Below are positions 61,803 through 64,000 of a stretch of DNA of 64,000 bases, piece after piece (the stretch's first letter is position 1; every line of letters starts with the position of its first letter). Made by a program: the position numbers and the translations under genes. The notes under the pieces are model-generated. The model was given only the letters and a program-made list of their open reading frames with translations, was not told the DNA's origin and searched no databases. This DNA comes from Planctomycetota bacterium (GTDB lineage: Bacteria > Planctomycetota > Phycisphaerae > UBA1845 > Fen-1342), in contig JBDRDH010000032.1 of assembly GCA_043820985.1 (NCBI GenBank), positions 4,480 through 68,479 on the forward strand, in the 5' to 3' direction.

Positions 61803-63221
61803 TTAGACGTCCAGGTATAGCTGATACTCGTAGGGGTGCGGCCGGACGTTGATGGCCTGCGTCTCGTCGCGCAGCTTGGTTGAGATCCAATTCTGGATGA
61901 AGGTCGCCGGAAAGACCTCGCCGCGCAGGAGAAACTCGTGGTCTTTGGCGAGGGCTTCGAGGGCATCGTAGAGCGTCCGAGGCAGCGTGCTGATCTGGCG
62001 GCGGAACTCGGCGGTTTCGCGCTCGATGTTAACGTCGTAGGGGCCGAAGTTGTGTTGTGTCAGGTCGAGTTTGGAGTTGACGCCATCGAGCCCGGCCATC
62101 AGCATGGCGGCCAGGGAGAGATAGATGTTGCCGGTGAAGTCGGGGGGTCGGTATTCGATGCGTTTGTCCTGTGGCTGGACGGCATAGCGGGGCACGCGGA
62201 TGGCCGCCGAGCGGTTCGCCAGAGAGAAGAACAAATTGACCGGGGCTTCGTAACCCTCGACCAAGCGCTTGTATGAATTGGTGGATGGATTGGTCAGGCC
62301 GGCCAGGCCGGCGCCGTGCAGGAGCAGGCCGCCGATGTACTGGAGAGCAAAGTCGCTCAAATTGGCGTAGTTTTTCTGGCTTTCATCAAAGAACAGTGGT
62401 TGAGTGCCCTTGTTCAGCTTCTGGTGCACGTGCATGCCGTTGCCAGCTTCGCCGTGAAGTGGTTTAGGCATGAAGGTGGCCAGTTTACCGTGCCGGCGGG
62501 CGACATTTTTAATGACGTACTTGATTAACATGGTCTGGTCGGCGGCCTGGAGCAGGGGACAGAGCTCGATTTCAATCTCGCATTGACCGGGGGCGCCGAC
62601 TTCATGGTGATGATATTTGACCGGAACGCCCATCTCTTCGAGCATCAGTGAAATTTCCGAGCGCAGGTTGTGGAACTGTTCGCTGGGGGGCGTCCGCAGG
62701 TAGCCCTGCCGGGGGGGGATGGGCGCGGATAATCCCTCGGTCTCGATTTCCGGGGCGAGGATCTGGACGCCGGTGGCGAACATTTCGTTGGTGACTTCGA
62801 CGCGATCGAAGACGTGGAACTCGAACTCGGGGCCCATCCAGGCCTGGTCGGCAATCCCGAGTTGATCCATATATGCCAGCGCTGTGCGGGCGATAGTGCG
62901 CGGATCGCTGGGAAAAGGCTGTTTGGAGTCCGCGGTGATGGTGTCGCAGAGGAAGCTGATAGTTGGGGCGGTCCAGAAAGGATCGATGAAGGCGGTGCTC
63001 GGATCAGGTCGGGCGGCGACGTCGCCACTCTCGACGCTGCTGAATCCGGAGCCGGAGGAACCATCGTAGCCCACGCCCTCGTCGAAGTGTTTTTGAGTGA
63101 ATTGGCGCGCGGGGATGGTTATATGCAACCATTGGCCGGCGATGCCGACGATCTTCAGGTCGACCATCGCTATATCTTTTTCAGATATATACTTAAGGGC
63201 ATCTTTGGTTGAGCTGAACAC
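61803..63221 (-). CDS. glnA: glutamine synthetase, type I
   Basis: GSI signatures (DGSSGSGF, KPLHGEAGNGMHVHQ, NPSTNSYKRLVEGYEAP). GTG start with GGAGG 6 nt upstream. Confidence 0.95.
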   Translation of the reverse strand: MFSSTKDALKYISEKDIAMVDLKIVGIAGQWLHITIPARQFTQKHFDEGVGYDGSSGSGFSSVESGDVAARPDPSTAFIDPFWTAPTISFLCDTITADSKQPFPSDPRTIARTALAYMDQLGIADQAWMGPEFEFHVFDRVEVTNEMFATGVQILAPEIETEGLSAPIPPRQGYLRTPPSEQFHNLRSEISLMLEEMGVPVKYHHHEVGAPGQCEIEIELCPLLQAADQTMLIKYVIKNVARRHGKLATFMPKPLHGEAGNGMHVHQKLNKGTQPLFFDESQKNYANLSDFALQYIGGLLLHGAGLAGLTNPSTNSYKRLVEGYEAPVNLFFSLANRSAAIRVPRYAVQPQDKRIEYRPPDFTGNIYLSLAAMLMAGLDGVNSKLDLTQHNFGPYDVNIERETAEFRRQISTLPRTLYDALEALAKDHEFLLRGEVFPATFIQNWISTKLRDETQAINVRPHPYEYQLYLDV

Positions 63222-63272
63222 GGCGAACCTCCTCTGTGTTCCCCTGGCATACTATTTTGGTAGCCGGCACAC

Positions 63273-63289
63273 AGCATAACACGTGCCAA
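63273..63289 (-). promoter_or_regulatory. sigma54 (-24/-12) promoter of glnA
   Basis: The minus strand reads TTGGCACGTGTTATGCT, i.e. TGGCAC-N5-aTGC against the consensus TGGCAC-N5-TTGC. It lies about 50 nt upstream of the glnA start. Confidence 0.65.
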
Positions 63290-63409
63290 TGGAAAGCGGG
63301 AGTGCCTGGGTTGGGGTTGGTTGGGGACCAGGGCTCCGCCAACGCTGATTTGATGGGTCGCCGTTGATTGGGTGGCCCACTTCTTTAGAGGTGTGGGACG
63401 CGAATAGTT

Positions 63410-63497
63410 CGCTGATTCGTGTTCCCCACGGCTAAAGCCATGGGTCACCCGTCCGCTGATTCGTGTTCCCCACGGCTAAAGCCATGGGCCACCCGTC
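63410..63497. repeat. two tandem copies of a 44-bp unit, each carrying a dyad CCCACGGC-TAAA-GCCATGGG
   Basis: Units at 63410-63453 and 63454-63497 differ at one base. They lie between the bEBP stop and the glnA sigma54 promoter. Confidence 0.9.
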
Positions 63498-63529
63498 TTT
63501 GTGGTGAAGTCCATCGTGAGATTTGCGGG

Positions 63530-64000
63530 CTAGTCGGGATCGATTTGGAGTTCGGACAGGCGGCGGTAGAGTGTCGAGCGGCTCATGCCGAGCATGCGGG
63601 CGGCGACGGCGCGGTTGCCACGGGCGGATTGGAGGGCGGCGCGGACGCGTTGGCGCTCCTGTTCCTGTGGGTCGCCGGAGGTCGCGAGGGCGGGCAGGCT
63701 CGCGGTGAGTTCGGGTGGCAGGTCGCCCGGCTGGATCAGCGGGCCTTTGCACTGGATGACGGCGCATTCGATGGCGCTTTGCAGTTCGCGCACATTGCCG
63801 GGCCAGGAGTGGTTGAGCAGCAGGGCCAGGGCTTCATCGCTGACGCCTTCCACCGCGCGGCCCGTGGCGGTCTGGAACTTACGCAGGAAGGCTTCCACTA
63901 ATAGCGGGATATCGACGCGGCGTTCGGATAAGGGTGGTAATTGGATACGGGCCACACGGATGCGATAGAGCAGGTCCATCCGAAAGCGCTGTTCGGCGAC
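63530..64000 (-). CDS. sigma54-dependent transcriptional activator (NtrC-family bEBP), C-terminal part; the 5' end is outside the window
   Basis: AAA+ C-terminal motifs (PPLSERRVDIPLLVEAF, WPGNVRELQSAIE) and a Fis-type HTH (GNRAVAARMLGMSRSTLYRRL). Confidence 0.85.
   Translation of the reverse strand, partial: VAEQRFRMDLLYRIRVARIQLPPLSERRVDIPLLVEAFLRKFQTATGRAVEGVSDEALALLLNHSWPGNVRELQSAIECAVIQCKGPLIQPGDLPPELTASLPALATSGDPQEQERQRVRAALQSARGNRAVAARMLGMSRSTLYRRLSELQIDPD

Noticed and set aside
1-64000. tRNA, rRNA, tmRNA, RNase P RNA, SRP RNA and known riboswitch signatures.
   Set aside because: I looked for T-loop GGTTCGAATCC-like strings, the GGGGCTGA tmRNA 5' end with a matching 3' end, GAGGAAAGTCCGGGC, and the SRP GGAAGCAGCC motif. 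None was found in a convincing context. A covariance-model scan would be needed to be certain.

Overview
This is a visibly GC-rich bacterial chromosomal segment. The gene content includes many HEAT/TPR secreted proteins, a sulfatase-family enzyme, zinc-ribbon membrane proteins, an HDOD protein and a sigma54/bEBP pair. That mix resembles Planctomycetota-like genomes, but the taxon is inference only. I support about 58 protein-coding genes, mostly housekeeping:
- Pyrimidine synthesis: pyrK and pyrD, unusually separated.
- NAD metabolism: pntAA-pntAB-pntB and nadD.
- Nitrogen: glnA with a sigma54 promoter and an NtrC-type activator.
- Other core genes: hpt, rny, a yebC-family gene, an ilvE-like aminotransferase with a MocR regulator, an HU-like protein, and an ECF sigma/anti-sigma pair.

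Other features:
- An orphan parB is flanked by two perfect consensus parS sites.
- One apparently intact IS5/IS1182-type insertion sequence has terminal inverted repeats.
- There are two tandem-repeat arrays, a MITE-like element and at least three families of short REP-like palindromic repeats.
- No rRNA, tRNA, tmRNA or CRISPR array was recognised by eye.

The most interesting candidates are:
- a seven-gene MacB/LolCDE-like operon at 37545-44032, whose two permeases are split by a VTT/DedA-type membrane protein and a secreted protein with an unusual C-terminal anchor;
- a terminator-containing leader upstream of pyrK;
- tandem dyad repeats in enhancer position upstream of the glnA sigma54 promoter;
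- an orphan beta-class DNA methyltransferase next to a Mut7-C RNase gene.

I found no clear, self-contained novel system such as a defence island. Many long ORFs in the six-frame track are antisense shadow ORFs typical of GC-rich DNA and are rejected. All function calls rest on motif recognition in the translated ORFs, and no database search was run.
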